Virus record (IMG/VR): IMGVR_UViG_3300035425_000025
Coordinates: 1-64,000 of that record
Origin: a virus
Lineage: Duplodnaviria > Caudoviricetes
DNA length: 64,000 nt
Direction: 5' to 3' (one strand)
Part shown: piece after piece, positions 1-9,915 of the stretch
How positions within the stretch are numbered: position 1 is the stretch's first letter
Layout: each line of letters begins with the position of its first letter
Notes under the pieces: model-generated
What the model was told of the DNA's origin: nothing
Databases searched by the model: none
What the model saw: the letters and a program-made list of their open reading frames with translations, nothing else
Translations under genes and position numbers: made by a program

Positions 1-53
1 TTCTCAACCTTCTTTCTTGGAATTCCCTATACTTGAATTATACAGGAAGCTCC

Positions 54-1583
54 TTATTTCCTTAAAAAGTTTCTCATAATAGTTGCACCGTCCACGGTTT
101 CATCATCAGTATTTAAATTTGAAGCTACATGAACATCATTTTTTGCTTCAGAAGTTTCAACCTCTGCTTCATTTTTCTTATCTACGGATGCAGACAATCT
201 CTCGCCAACAATAGCCATAAGAGATTTCTTATCCAGATTTTCAACATATCCAGAAAACTCTTCTGATTTTTCAATCTCTTCCCTTGTAATCTGACCAGAC
301 TTAACAACAGAAGCAATCAAATCTTCCTTTTTCTGTGCCAATTCAGCAGCTACCTTTTCCTGTTCCATCTGTGTGAATTTTTCTTTATACTGAGACAGTT
401 CAGTATTTTCAGATTTAAGAGAAGTGATTTCAGAACTTGCCTTTACGATTAGATCATCTTTTTCTGCAATCGTCTTTTCATATTCAGCTACTACATCGTT
501 AATTTTTGTTGGCTCAACAGTAAGAGTAACCTTTTCTCCATCTGAAACGGTTACGGTTTCCCCGTTTACCTCGTATGTAAATTTCATAAAGTCTAACTGT
601 GATTTTCTACCACCGTATTCACACCACACGACCTTATCCTCTGGAAACCAAAATGCAATATAACACCAAGATGTATCACCCATTTTTGCATCGCAAGCAG
701 CACCAATACGTCTTCGTAAATCTCTTTCTGTAAGTGCTGATACCTCTGGTGTATTTGCATTGTCATCAGTTTTTGTATTTTCAACATTTCCCTTTGTTTC
801 AGAAGTTTCAGTTTGCGTAGATTCTGCTGTATCTGCAACAGGATTTTCAACAACCGTTTCTTCTTCTGCAACATTAGTTTCAATATTTTTCTGCAAATTA
901 TTTTCCTCCTTTGCTACATTTTCTATATCTAAACCTTGACCTATTATGTCTTGGGATAGAGCTTCTGCAAATTCAACATCATAATTAGTTGATGCTATTT
1001 CTAATAAACCACTTGAATCATAAGCTGGTGACACATCTTTTGCTAAAAGACAATGACCAATAAATCTACCAACTTTAATTATTTTTGTCATCAATCCATC
1101 AACAATTCCTTGTGAAGATTCTTCAATAGAAATTTCCCAGCTCGTATGTAATGTTCCTTCTTTGATTCTTTTGATAATGATTTCACATGCCTTAGAAAAT
1201 CGTTTCCATATTTCACAAGAAGCAACAATATATTCAATGTCATTTATTGTTTCAATTCCAACATCAAAAAAAGTACCAAAGGCATCTGTATCAAATTCAA
1301 CCTCATAATACTCATTTCCATGTTCATCAACTTTTTTGACTTTTTTCATATTATGACTGGTAAAATCATAAGTGCCATCATAGCGTAATTTAATTTTCCC
1401 AACTAAAGGCTTATTTTTTAGTGTAGATAACCACTGATCTATATTATTTCTGTCTAAAGCAACGCCGTTCTTATTTCTTCCAAAATCACATATAATAAAC
1501 TTTGCAATATAAGAATCAGGATTAGAATTATCTTCACTTAAATAAACCTGTGAACTATATAAAACAATATTATCCAGTGTCAT
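54..1583 (-). CDS. Phage head scaffold/maturation protein (SPbeta YonD-like)
   Basis: 509-aa ORF with acidic low-complexity middle and C-terminal coiled coil; lies just downstream of portal in a terminase-portal-scaffold order. Confidence 0.6.
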   Translation of the reverse strand: MTLDNIVLYSSQVYLSEDNSNPDSYIAKFIICDFGRNKNGVALDRNNIDQWLSTLKNKPLVGKIKLRYDGTYDFTSHNMKKVKKVDEHGNEYYEVEFDTDAFGTFFDVGIETINDIEYIVASCEIWKRFSKACEIIIKRIKEGTLHTSWEISIEESSQGIVDGLMTKIIKVGRFIGHCLLAKDVSPAYDSSGLLEIASTNYDVEFAEALSQDIIGQGLDIENVAKEENNLQKNIETNVAEEETVVENPVADTAESTQTETSETKGNVENTKTDDNANTPEVSALTERDLRRRIGAACDAKMGDTSWCYIAFWFPEDKVVWCEYGGRKSQLDFMKFTYEVNGETVTVSDGEKVTLTVEPTKINDVVAEYEKTIAEKDDLIVKASSEITSLKSENTELSQYKEKFTQMEQEKVAAELAQKKEDLIASVVKSGQITREEIEKSEEFSGYVENLDKKSLMAIVGERLSASVDKKNEAEVETSEAKNDVHVASNLNTDDETVDGATIMRNFLRK

Positions 1584-1752
1584 TCACCTCCTCATCCATA
1601 TTTACAATCCCTAATTCAATACCAAAATCATTTGATAATTCATCTTGTGAAATCTTATTTTTATCCAATAAAAAAGCAGTGGCATTACCACTACCATCAA
1701 TAGATATTTCTATTTGTGTGCCACAACAAGGGCAATCAACTGTATAATCCAT
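1570..1752 (-). CDS. Small CxxC (zinc-binding) hypothetical protein
   Basis: 60 aa, DCPCCG motif, overlaps both neighbours (translational coupling). Confidence 0.6.
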   Translation of the reverse strand: MDYTVDCPCCGTQIEISIDGSGNATAFLLDKNKISQDELSNDFGIELGIVNMDEEVNDTG

Positions 1753-3401
1753 TATTGCAATGCCTCCTGTCTGGTTTTATCATATTGCTGCTTGACTTTA
1801 TTGTTAGAATCAGCAGGACGACCGCCCTTATTATCTTCTGGATTCTGTTTCTCAGAATTAGTGTACTGACTTCCATGAGGCTTAAATATTTCATCATATT
1901 TTTTCTCATTTTCCATTGTACGTTTCTGTACTTCGTCATTGATATCCAATCCAAGAATTTCAAAAGCGGTAGCATAAGAACAGTTCATTGTGCTGAATAG
2001 AAGAATAGCCAATGAATGTTTTAATTCCGCTTCTAACTGTTCTGTATCAATAACATTCACATCTGGCGTATAATCTAATGGATATCCATTATCCAAAATA
2101 ATCTGACGATACCACTTCTTCAAAATGTCTTCTAACTGTTCAGATATTGCATTGATTGTACGCATAAGCTGCGTTACAGAAATAGAAGCAGTAGATACAG
2201 ACTGTGATCCACTATCCATCAAAAATTGTATTCCAAGAGTAGATAATACCTTTGAGCGATAGATATTATAAGTATCCTTAGAAGTCATTTCTACTTTTGG
2301 TTCTACATAAGAAATCTCCTCAACAGTAGGAGGAGAAGTAACAACAACGGTATTCTGCTTAAAAGCATCCATAAAGTTAGAGTGCGCATAACTTACTTCT
2401 GGGAAGAAATCTTTATTGTAATCCTGCCCCATAGTTTCCTTACGCATTTTCTGATGAATAATCTTTTTGGCTTTTGCCTTGCTGTTTATCCTGTCTGAAT
2501 CTGCAAAAGTATCAAGCATACTCAAATCTGTATAAGCCCTCAAAATAGGAGAAACACCATATTTACGGTTAAGATTATTGATACGGATAATGCCGGTATA
2601 TTTATTATCTAAAACAGCATAATCTTCTTTATTGATAAATGCTTCATAAACCTCTTTTGGATAACTGTTCTTTACCTCTTCTTCCATATTTTCAAACATA
2701 AGAGGTTTTTTCTTTTTGGTTTTTCGATATACTTTTTGAAGTCTTTTCCGTAATTCTTTGATATTAAACCATATAACAGGCTCTCCATTTATCATTGTTT
2801 CTGTGATTTCACAAACGCCCAATGGGTAAATATCTACTGTATAATTATCTTTATCCTCATGACGCAAATAGGAAATCCAGTTACCCTCAACATAAGAAGT
2901 GGTGATTGCATTTCTAGTCAACTGCTGTACCTTGATAGAAGTATTAAAATCTTTAATAAACCGTTTGCATTCTTCTAACTTCTTTTTCTTATTTCTTCCC
3001 TCATCAACATTTCCGTATGTAAGTTTGATTTTTGTATTGATATTGGTATCAATTGATTCAACTGTCTTTCCAACAATGTCATTTTTGTTAATGAGTTTTC
3101 TGTTATATGCATTTATCCTTAAAACCTTATTCAAATCATTCTGCGTATTAGTGGAAAGTTCTTCGATTTCTTCAACAGATATTGATTTAGATGGTGATAT
3201 ACCTTCATTAAGATATACAGAATACTTTTTATTTTCTGGGTCATACTGGCCTAATGCAAGCTGTAGTTTCTGATCACGAATTGATAATGGGGTAGTAGCA
3301 ACTACTGTACCATTATCTACTTTTGAAACAAAGATAACATCAAAATCTTCATTTGATTGCTCCTGAATATTATCTGTTTCAAATTTCATTTCTTCTGACA
3401 T
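1752..3401 (-). CDS. Portal protein (YonE-like)
   Basis: 549 aa, immediately downstream of terminase; YGVSPI-type portal motif; call rests mainly on synteny and size. Confidence 0.7.
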   Translation of the reverse strand: MSEEMKFETDNIQEQSNEDFDVIFVSKVDNGTVVATTPLSIRDQKLQLALGQYDPENKKYSVYLNEGISPSKSISVEEIEELSTNTQNDLNKVLRINAYNRKLINKNDIVGKTVESIDTNINTKIKLTYGNVDEGRNKKKKLEECKRFIKDFNTSIKVQQLTRNAITTSYVEGNWISYLRHEDKDNYTVDIYPLGVCEITETMINGEPVIWFNIKELRKRLQKVYRKTKKKKPLMFENMEEEVKNSYPKEVYEAFINKEDYAVLDNKYTGIIRINNLNRKYGVSPILRAYTDLSMLDTFADSDRINSKAKAKKIIHQKMRKETMGQDYNKDFFPEVSYAHSNFMDAFKQNTVVVTSPPTVEEISYVEPKVEMTSKDTYNIYRSKVLSTLGIQFLMDSGSQSVSTASISVTQLMRTINAISEQLEDILKKWYRQIILDNGYPLDYTPDVNVIDTEQLEAELKHSLAILLFSTMNCSYATAFEILGLDINDEVQKRTMENEKKYDEIFKPHGSQYTNSEKQNPEDNKGGRPADSNNKVKQQYDKTRQEALQ

Positions 3402-3422
3402 TCTTGTTTATCACCATCCTTT

Positions 3423-5243
3423 CTAAAAATCTATACTTGACGCAAATGTTGGGGCATGTTCAAGACTTGTTTTTTTCTTATTATGATCAGTTAATAAATC
3501 AACTCTTCGTAATCTGGCGAGTGCATAACCACCTTCAGCCATTGTATAAGCATGATCATCATGTCCTTTTTTATCTTTTGCCAATTCATAGGTAACACCA
3601 CCATTAGGAGTGTCATATCGACACATATATGATAATTGCAGCTTTGCAATATGCATTTGTGCTAATGCTACCTGTTCATCTTGTGTAAGCTTTACTGTAT
3701 CAAATCCACCATCTTTATTTTCAACCATTATATAATCCTTGTTTTCATAATTGGCAAATTCTATAAGATTCAGTTTTACCATTTTAGAAATGGCATCATA
3801 CATTATCTTTTTATATCCTTGAGGATCTACAAGATGAACTATTGGCATTGCGTTAGTATATTTTTTCCTTGCAGTTTCATATTGTTTATGGTCTGGGTCT
3901 ATAATTCCTCTATGCTTTCCACCATACTTATCAGTCCAATCATCCATTAGCTGATCGGCAACTGCACTAATTCCACCACCACCGCTTCCGGCATCAATGT
4001 AAAATTCAATATTCTCCCATTCAGCAGCACGCTCTCCATTATATTTAATCATTAAATCCTTAATAATTTCTAACTGCGCTGGCATTGGAAGAGGAGTTTT
4101 GTTTTTAGCATTCTGATCAACCATAGATACGACATTTTCTAGTCGTAATTTATATCCAACGTCTTTATCGTTAATCACTTGGAAAATTGACAAAACACTT
4201 CCATCAAAATTTCGTGCTGGGTCATAACAGAATATAAACTTCTTTTTTCCAGTGTCATTATATAGAAGTGGTTTACGTGTTGTAGAATTTCTTATAAGTT
4301 CATCCATAGTGACAACTGCATTAGAACCGCCGCCTTTTCTGAATTTATTAAATAACTCGACATCTGCATTATCAGGATCTTCTTCTATATCCTTCATAAT
4401 CTTATCTTCGGTAAGATGAGATTTGATAGGAACGCCATCAATAGTAGAGTGATATAAGACATCATAAGCATTTATATCAAAACAGAAATAATTGCTGTTT
4501 CCAACCAACATCTTTTTATAAAATGTTTTGTATTTATCGAAAAATGGATATGTTACATCACCAACACTGGACGTATACAAAATCTGTAACGGCATTTGCT
4601 GTGGTTCAATATACCTTACTTTTTCAGTGGAAGTTGAAAAACTGGAATCTACATTCGCAAAATTTTCTACAACAGCTAATTCTTCAGCGGTTTTCCAAGC
4701 GGTTTCATTAAACCATACAGCTCCACGTTTACCACGAATAGCTTCAAGATTGGAAGATAATGCTTCCATTTTTGAGTTATTATATATTCTAAATTTACAA
4801 GTAGGAGCCTGTAAAAAGCCTGTTTCGCTATTACTGCCAGTCTTATCTACTTCCCTTGCAAATATATCCGTTGCACTTTTAAAATTTGGAATTCTCTTTA
4901 AAGCAATATCACGAAGTTTATTGAAAGATTCTACAGATTGTGCATATGTATTAGAACTGATATATAGACTGTAATCAGGGATTAGCAATAATCTTGTCAT
5001 GAAATAAGCAGCCGCCAAAGTATCTTTTCCTGCACCACGACACTCAGCCCATAATGCATATTGAACTATCCATGTTCGCATAAAGCAATATGCTTGATAA
5101 TCAATTAATTTTAGCCCGAAAAAAGTCTCGCAAAATTTCACGGGATTTTTTCGCCCCCACTGAACTATGTGAGACATCTTAGAATATTCTTCAATTTTTC
5201 GTTGACTTAGTTCTTTAGATGACATTGGTTTATATATTTCCAT
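3423..5243 (-). CDS. terL: Terminase large subunit
   Basis: Walker A-like CRGAGKDT, Walker B-like VWFNE, nuclease motifs YDPAR, IDAGSGG and HDDHAY. Confidence 0.9.
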   Translation of the reverse strand: MEIYKPMSSKELSQRKIEEYSKMSHIVQWGRKNPVKFCETFFGLKLIDYQAYCFMRTWIVQYALWAECRGAGKDTLAAAYFMTRLLLIPDYSLYISSNTYAQSVESFNKLRDIALKRIPNFKSATDIFAREVDKTGSNSETGFLQAPTCKFRIYNNSKMEALSSNLEAIRGKRGAVWFNETAWKTAEELAVVENFANVDSSFSTSTEKVRYIEPQQMPLQILYTSSVGDVTYPFFDKYKTFYKKMLVGNSNYFCFDINAYDVLYHSTIDGVPIKSHLTEDKIMKDIEEDPDNADVELFNKFRKGGGSNAVVTMDELIRNSTTRKPLLYNDTGKKKFIFCYDPARNFDGSVLSIFQVINDKDVGYKLRLENVVSMVDQNAKNKTPLPMPAQLEIIKDLMIKYNGERAAEWENIEFYIDAGSGGGGISAVADQLMDDWTDKYGGKHRGIIDPDHKQYETARKKYTNAMPIVHLVDPQGYKKIMYDAISKMVKLNLIEFANYENKDYIMVENKDGGFDTVKLTQDEQVALAQMHIAKLQLSYMCRYDTPNGGVTYELAKDKKGHDDHAYTMAEGGYALARLRRVDLLTDHNKKKTSLEHAPTFASSIDF

Positions 5244-5248
5244 TCATG

Positions 5249-6445
5249 TCACCTCTTTTTGTTTTCTAAATCAATTATTTGATTTTTAAGATTTCTATTT
5301 TCCTCTTTTAGTCGATCAACTTCTGATTCAAGATTTTTGATAATATCCCTTTGTTCTTTGATAATATCACTGTATTCGTTGTTATCAAGTGTAAGCTGAT
5401 TTGCAATATTCTGATTGCTTATATCATCTATTTGCTTAAAGGCTTCGCTTGTTTTTATATCAAATAGATTCACCTGAATTTCTTGAAAACCATTCTTCTC
5501 CATTTCCTTCATCATAGAAGATATAGAATCTTGTCCTTGATTAGAATTTTTATTGTAATTGGAAGAAATATTGTTATCCTTCGCTATTGTTGCTATAGAA
5601 GATAGGAGAGAAGATTTAGCACTTGTTAGTGAAGTGATTCTTTTTTCGTTAGAATCTGGTTTTGAAAGTTCTGTGTTTAATTCATCTGTAATTTTTCTGC
5701 ATTGACAGTAGGACATAGTTATTTCAATTACACATTGCTTTTTATGTCCGTCTTCTAATATTCCAGGAGTATCAAAGTACCCAGATAATAAATTAAAACA
5801 ATATTTTCTATCAAATTCATCTAATCCAACATCTTCAAATGGATCATAACCAAGTTTAGATATGATATACTTCATATTTTGTTTATCTTCTTTAGTCCAC
5901 TTGACATCTGTATTTTGCTTTTGTTGCTCATTTTGATATGTTTTATTATCTTTTATATCTGCGTATTTTTGAGCGATTTTTTCTTTTGTACTTTGTGGGG
6001 TATTACTTGTTTTATGGACGAAATCATCTTTTTCAGAGTCTTCATATGACTTGTCTCTATCCTGCCTCATGGCTATTAGTCGAAAATATCGTTGTAAAAT
6101 TTCTTTTCCGTAAAATATAACTTTATCATCTTCAACATATGAATGTTCTTTTTTAAATCCATTTATCGCGCTTTCGATTAAGTCTTTATAATATGGACGA
6201 TCAATTTTCTTTAATATCTTATTTAATTCCAATTCATTTACAGTTCCGTCTGCATTTAAAGACTCATTAATTACACAGTCTTTACAAACAGGAACACGAC
6301 AATCCACTGAAAATAATGGACTCTTGCTTATATAAAACTCTGTTAGTTTTTTATGATTGTGGCAAAAGCTACATTCTTTTTCTCCTTTTTGCTGATTGGC
6401 TGGCAACGGTTTATTGCCAGATGATTGTGATTTTTTTCTTGACAT
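5249..6445 (-). CDS. Zn-finger protein upstream of terL (possible small terminase)
   Basis: N-terminal CSFC...CKDC; position directly upstream of terL. Confidence 0.45.
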   Translation of the reverse strand: MSRKKSQSSGNKPLPANQQKGEKECSFCHNHKKLTEFYISKSPLFSVDCRVPVCKDCVINESLNADGTVNELELNKILKKIDRPYYKDLIESAINGFKKEHSYVEDDKVIFYGKEILQRYFRLIAMRQDRDKSYEDSEKDDFVHKTSNTPQSTKEKIAQKYADIKDNKTYQNEQQKQNTDVKWTKEDKQNMKYIISKLGYDPFEDVGLDEFDRKYCFNLLSGYFDTPGILEDGHKKQCVIEITMSYCQCRKITDELNTELSKPDSNEKRITSLTSAKSSLLSSIATIAKDNNISSNYNKNSNQGQDSISSMMKEMEKNGFQEIQVNLFDIKTSEAFKQIDDISNQNIANQLTLDNNEYSDIIKEQRDIIKNLESEVDRLKEENRNLKNQIIDLENKKR

Positions 6446-6702
6446 GTTGCCACCATCCTTTCATTTTCAAAAATATTTGTTCAATTAAAAAAGACAGCCA
6501 TGATGACTGTCTGAAAACACATAGAAAGAGTCGGACTTTCATTTTTCGAGTGGAAGCGAATGTCTCTGTGTTTTGTCAATATGTAAAAATAAAAATTTGT
6601 TTTTATTCAAGAATTACTACAAAATACAATAGATTCAATAAAGATACAGTATTGGAACTAATTAATATCTAATTGAAGCTAACAGGAGGAAAAAAGATAA
6701 TT

Positions 6703-6852
6703 ATGGAAGCAATATATAATGTAATGATTTTATTGATAGAACAGTTGCCGTGGATTTCAATAATGTATACCATTCACAAAACATATGAAAATAAGTTCAA
6801 ACATATAGAAATTAGTTTATTTAATTGTTTTACGTTGAAAGCAGATAAATAA
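6703..6852 (+). CDS. 49-aa hydrophobic small protein, antisense to the late operon
   Basis: AGGAGG RBS at 6684; ATG 6703 to TAA 6852 (MEAIYNVMILLIEQLPWISIMY...); below the ORF-track cutoff. Confidence 0.45.
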   Translation: MEAIYNVMILLIEQLPWISIMYTIHKTYENKFKHIEISLFNCFTLKADK

Positions 6853-6915
6853 TATTAATATAGATATAAGGATAAATATATAAAAAATAATATTTAATGT
6901 TTGAGCAATATCCAA

Positions 6916-6931
6916 TGAAACAATTCATTCA
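6916..6931 (-). repeat. 16-bp palindromic cassette-boundary site
   Basis: Minus strand reads TGAAT-GAATTG-TTTCA then TTGGA. Confidence 0.5.
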
Positions 6932-7010
6932 AGACATAGAGCAGTGGTTAAACTGCTCCTTAAATATTATTTAATTCACAATTTATTCGTTTTCGATAAT
7001 GCTTTAAAAA

Positions 7011-7778
7011 TCAAAAATCTTCAGGTTCTAATTTATAATTTCTATTTAACTCTATAAACCTAAGAGGAATATTATATTTTTCAGAAACATGATATAGATA
7101 ACTCAAATTTTCGCCCTTACAATTTATTCCTGCATATAATGACGTTATACAATTTGTAAGATGTATAAAACGTGAATTACGCGAAATGTCCCTGTTTGAA
7201 TATATAATACGCCATTCTTTTTCATATTTCCAATGTTCATCTTTAACGATTATAGATTCAAGAAGACTTTTCTTCCCAGAAGTATAATATGGATGTTTTG
7301 CTAAATAAAGCACTGGGAAAAGTTGCCCAATAACTAAATCGTATAATTTATATGTATTATATTCTATACAATAACCTTGGTGGTTATTGGCATAGTGACT
7401 CCACATTAAAAAATCATCACAACACTCACAAAAACATGCAATACCTAAATTCCCGCGCATTTTTTCTAATATTTCTAAACGATTATTTACCCAATTATTT
7501 ATTAATGCATAAACGCCATAACCGCCCCATGAGTAAACAGACGGATCGCTATTCTGGTATATTTGAGGCAAACTATCCAATGGATCATTAAAATTGCGTG
7601 GGTTTGATAAAAATACAGTTTCATTAGATATTTCATCATGAGTGTAATCATTAAAACATCTATATCTATATAATTTATTTGGAAGATTATCTTGTATATA
7701 GTGCATAATGTCGTATAATTCATAATTTTTATCTTCTAACATAAGAAAAATATTGTCTTTCCAACTCATATAAATCAC
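7011..7778 (-). CDS. DUF2971-family protein (putative defence, ART-like fold)
   Basis: LYRYR, FLSNPRNFNDPLD, CFCE..D.LMWSHYANNHQGYCIEY, K...W.YEKEWR motifs. Confidence 0.8.
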   Translation of the reverse strand: MIYMSWKDNIFLMLEDKNYELYDIMHYIQDNLPNKLYRYRCFNDYTHDEISNETVFLSNPRNFNDPLDSLPQIYQNSDPSVYSWGGYGVYALINNWVNNRLEILEKMRGNLGIACFCECCDDFLMWSHYANNHQGYCIEYNTYKLYDLVIGQLFPVLYLAKHPYYTSGKKSLLESIIVKDEHWKYEKEWRIIYSNRDISRNSRFIHLTNCITSLYAGINCKGENLSYLYHVSEKYNIPLRFIELNRNYKLEPEDF

Positions 7779-7840
7779 CCTAATAAATTATTTAAAATAA
7801 AAATATCATAAGTGAAATATATTTGCAACATAACTCCCAA

Positions 7841-7856
7841 TGAAATGCTTATTTGA
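7841..7856 (-). repeat. 16-bp palindromic cassette-boundary site
   Basis: Minus strand reads TCAAA-TAAGCA-TTTCA then TTGGGAG, 2 nt past the tRNA-Ser 3' end. Confidence 0.55.
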
Positions 7857-7858
7857 AG

Positions 7859-7952
7859 CGGTGACGGTAGGATTTGAACCCACAGGTCATGTTCTCCATG
7901 ACACATCAGTTTTCAAGACTGCGCCGTTATAACCAGATTTCGGTACGTCACC
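7859..7952 (-). tRNA. tRNA-Ser (anticodon UGA)
   Basis: GGTGACG/CGTCACC acceptor, CTTGAAA anticodon loop, long variable arm, GGTTCAAATCC T-arm, G discriminator, no encoded CCA. Confidence 0.9.
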
Positions 7953-7956
7953 AGAA

Positions 7957-8039
7957 CGCAAAGCAGAACAATCGAAGTCCATTCCTTTCAGAACACATCC
8001 GTTAGCAGCGGAGTCCCAAACCTTATGGGTTTACTTTGC
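7957..8039 (-). tRNA. tRNA-Ser (anticodon GCU), divergent
   Basis: GCAAAGT/GCTTTGC acceptor, CTGCTAA loop, variable arm, TTCGATT T-loop with weak stem. Confidence 0.7.
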
Positions 8040-8047
8040 AAATAATA

Positions 8048-8072
8048 GGAGAGCAGTGTTTGACTGCTCTCC
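8048..8072 (-). terminator. GGAGAG/CTCTCC hairpin (copy 1)
   Basis: 9-bp stem followed by TATTATT on minus strand. Confidence 0.6.
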
Positions 8073-8078
8073 GTAATT

Positions 8079-8381
8079 TTACACATTATCGGAATTCCAA
8101 AGTAAATCTACATCATATTCCTCTAATGATACAGGAACAATTTCAGTTCTATTATATTTATCGAGAAGACTTATACATTTCTGCTCAAATTTTTCTTTGT
8201 CAGATTCTTTATATGATACAGTCTGAAATTTCCCAGTACCTACTAATTCTGTTTCAGTACGAACCTCATGAGTATCAGGATCTTCAACCTCTTTTGGCAC
8301 TTCCTCCATAATCTCTTCCTTAATCTGAAGGAATCTATATATGGATTTGTCGCGTTTGTCCCTAATTAAAATGCTATACAT
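8079..8381 (-). CDS. Hypothetical protein
   Basis: 100-aa ORF with GAGGATG RBS, co-oriented. Confidence 0.7.
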   Translation of the reverse strand: MYSILIRDKRDKSIYRFLQIKEEIMEEVPKEVEDPDTHEVRTETELVGTGKFQTVSYKESDKEKFEQKCISLLDKYNRTEIVPVSLEEYDVDLLWNSDNV

Positions 8382-8410
8382 TTATATCATCCTCTCACAT
8401 TCATTACAAA

Positions 8411-9688
8411 TTATAATTCGTATATATATTCACCTACAAAATCTAAATTTCCATTATTCTTTAAACTAAACTCAGGATCATAATTACACAATCCAATTTC
8501 AGCTCCCTTTTGTAAATATCTATAAATTGTTCCGTATGGGATTTTTAATAACCTTGATATAGTATTTAGATTTTTTGTTTTAGTCATATACAAATGACAA
8601 GCCTCAACAATATTACTTGAGTAAGCTTTTCTATTTATTTCTGTTTTATTTATTTTTGATAAATCAAATAAATCGGACAGAATACTTTTCATGATATTTG
8701 AAAAAATGTAATCATAATCACTGTATAAACAATCTATTCTAATCATGGTTATATTATTTTGCGTTGCAAGAATATCTTTCTTTTTATCTATTTCTTGTAC
8801 CTGTTCTAGTGTTAATTTTGATTTTAAATGAACTTTATTGTGAAAACCACCATCCATTTCAATTACATACTTTATTCCATATAATTCAAAATAGAAATCA
8901 TATTCTGGGGTATAATCTCTACCATTAAATAAAAAACTTTGGTTTGGTATTCTATAATGATTAATAAATTTTACATCCAAATTTGATAATATATTACTCA
9001 TCATTTTTTCTGGATAAGAAAACCCATCCCCACAATATGGACATTGTATATAATTATTTCTTGAAACCACATCAATTTGTTTATGTTTTATCAACGAATG
9101 ACAAAAAGGACATTTCCAATCCACACATTTACCTGAATGCTGAGAATATTTATATCCATCATTAGGATTAGCTAATAACTTAGCCAATTCTGGGTTTGTA
9201 GTCCACATATCATTTACCCCACTCATAATTACTTTATTACTACATACAGGACATCGGTTTCCCATATCTAATTCACATTCCGCAACATTTGTAATATATC
9301 CATCTTTTATACATTTTACTTTATAAGAACGATATGATTTTCCATTTTTCTTTTTTATTCTATTAGTATCTAAAATTTCATATCCATTTATATTTTCTCC
9401 AATAGAATATTTAAACTTTGTTGTTAATAATCCAGTAATAAATCCGATATTACATTTTAACAATCCACTTGTATACATATGATATTCTTGTATATTATCA
9501 GTGAAATATACAATACGATTCATTTGATCATATTGTGTAATTTTAAAACGATAAATAACACCATTATAACGAATAGAAAAGTATTTATTGATACAGTTTT
9601 TCCAAATGATTTTTCCATTTGGAGATAATGATAATTCGTTTTTGAAAAATTTTCTATCTGCAATTTCTTTTAATTTTGACATTAACAC
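8411..9688 (-). CDS. Free-standing Zn-ribbon plus PD-(D/E)XK endonuclease-like protein (homing-endonuclease-like)
   Basis: CPVC, WKCPFC, CPYC ribbons; YDFY...VIEMDGGFH nuclease motif. Confidence 0.7.
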   Translation of the reverse strand: MLMSKLKEIADRKFFKNELSLSPNGKIIWKNCINKYFSIRYNGVIYRFKITQYDQMNRIVYFTDNIQEYHMYTSGLLKCNIGFITGLLTTKFKYSIGENINGYEILDTNRIKKKNGKSYRSYKVKCIKDGYITNVAECELDMGNRCPVCSNKVIMSGVNDMWTTNPELAKLLANPNDGYKYSQHSGKCVDWKCPFCHSLIKHKQIDVVSRNNYIQCPYCGDGFSYPEKMMSNILSNLDVKFINHYRIPNQSFLFNGRDYTPEYDFYFELYGIKYVIEMDGGFHNKVHLKSKLTLEQVQEIDKKKDILATQNNITMIRIDCLYSDYDYIFSNIMKSILSDLFDLSKINKTEINRKAYSSNIVEACHLYMTKTKNLNTISRLLKIPYGTIYRYLQKGAEIGLCNYDPEFSLKNNGNLDFVGEYIYEL

Positions 9689-9711
9689 TACTCCTTAATT
9701 CATTTACTTAT

Positions 9712-9900
9712 TTATTCTCTGTTTGAATAATAATCAGATAATAATTCAAACAATCTTTTTTCCTTTTTAAATTTCCAAGTTGTTATTCCGTTTTTATCTG
9801 TTTTTGCAAACAAAAAAGAGATGCCGTTATCAATTAGATAAAACATCTCTTTTCTATCTTGAGTCCCATATTCCCTATCTATTTTTTTCAAATAATACAC
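9712..9900 (-). CDS. Small hypothetical protein
   Basis: 62 aa, AAGGAG RBS. Confidence 0.7.
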   Translation of the reverse strand: MYYLKKIDREYGTQDRKEMFYLIDNGISFLFAKTDKNGITTWKFKKEKRLFELLSDYYSNRE

Positions 9901-9915
9901 TACTCCTTAATTATT

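Noticed and set aside
424-6672. Plus-strand ORFs antisense to the head and terminase genes (and similar shadow ORFs throughout)
   Set aside because: Fully overlap longer genes with recognisable motifs, lack RBS, and have the Ser/Phe/Leu-rich composition of reverse-frame artefacts
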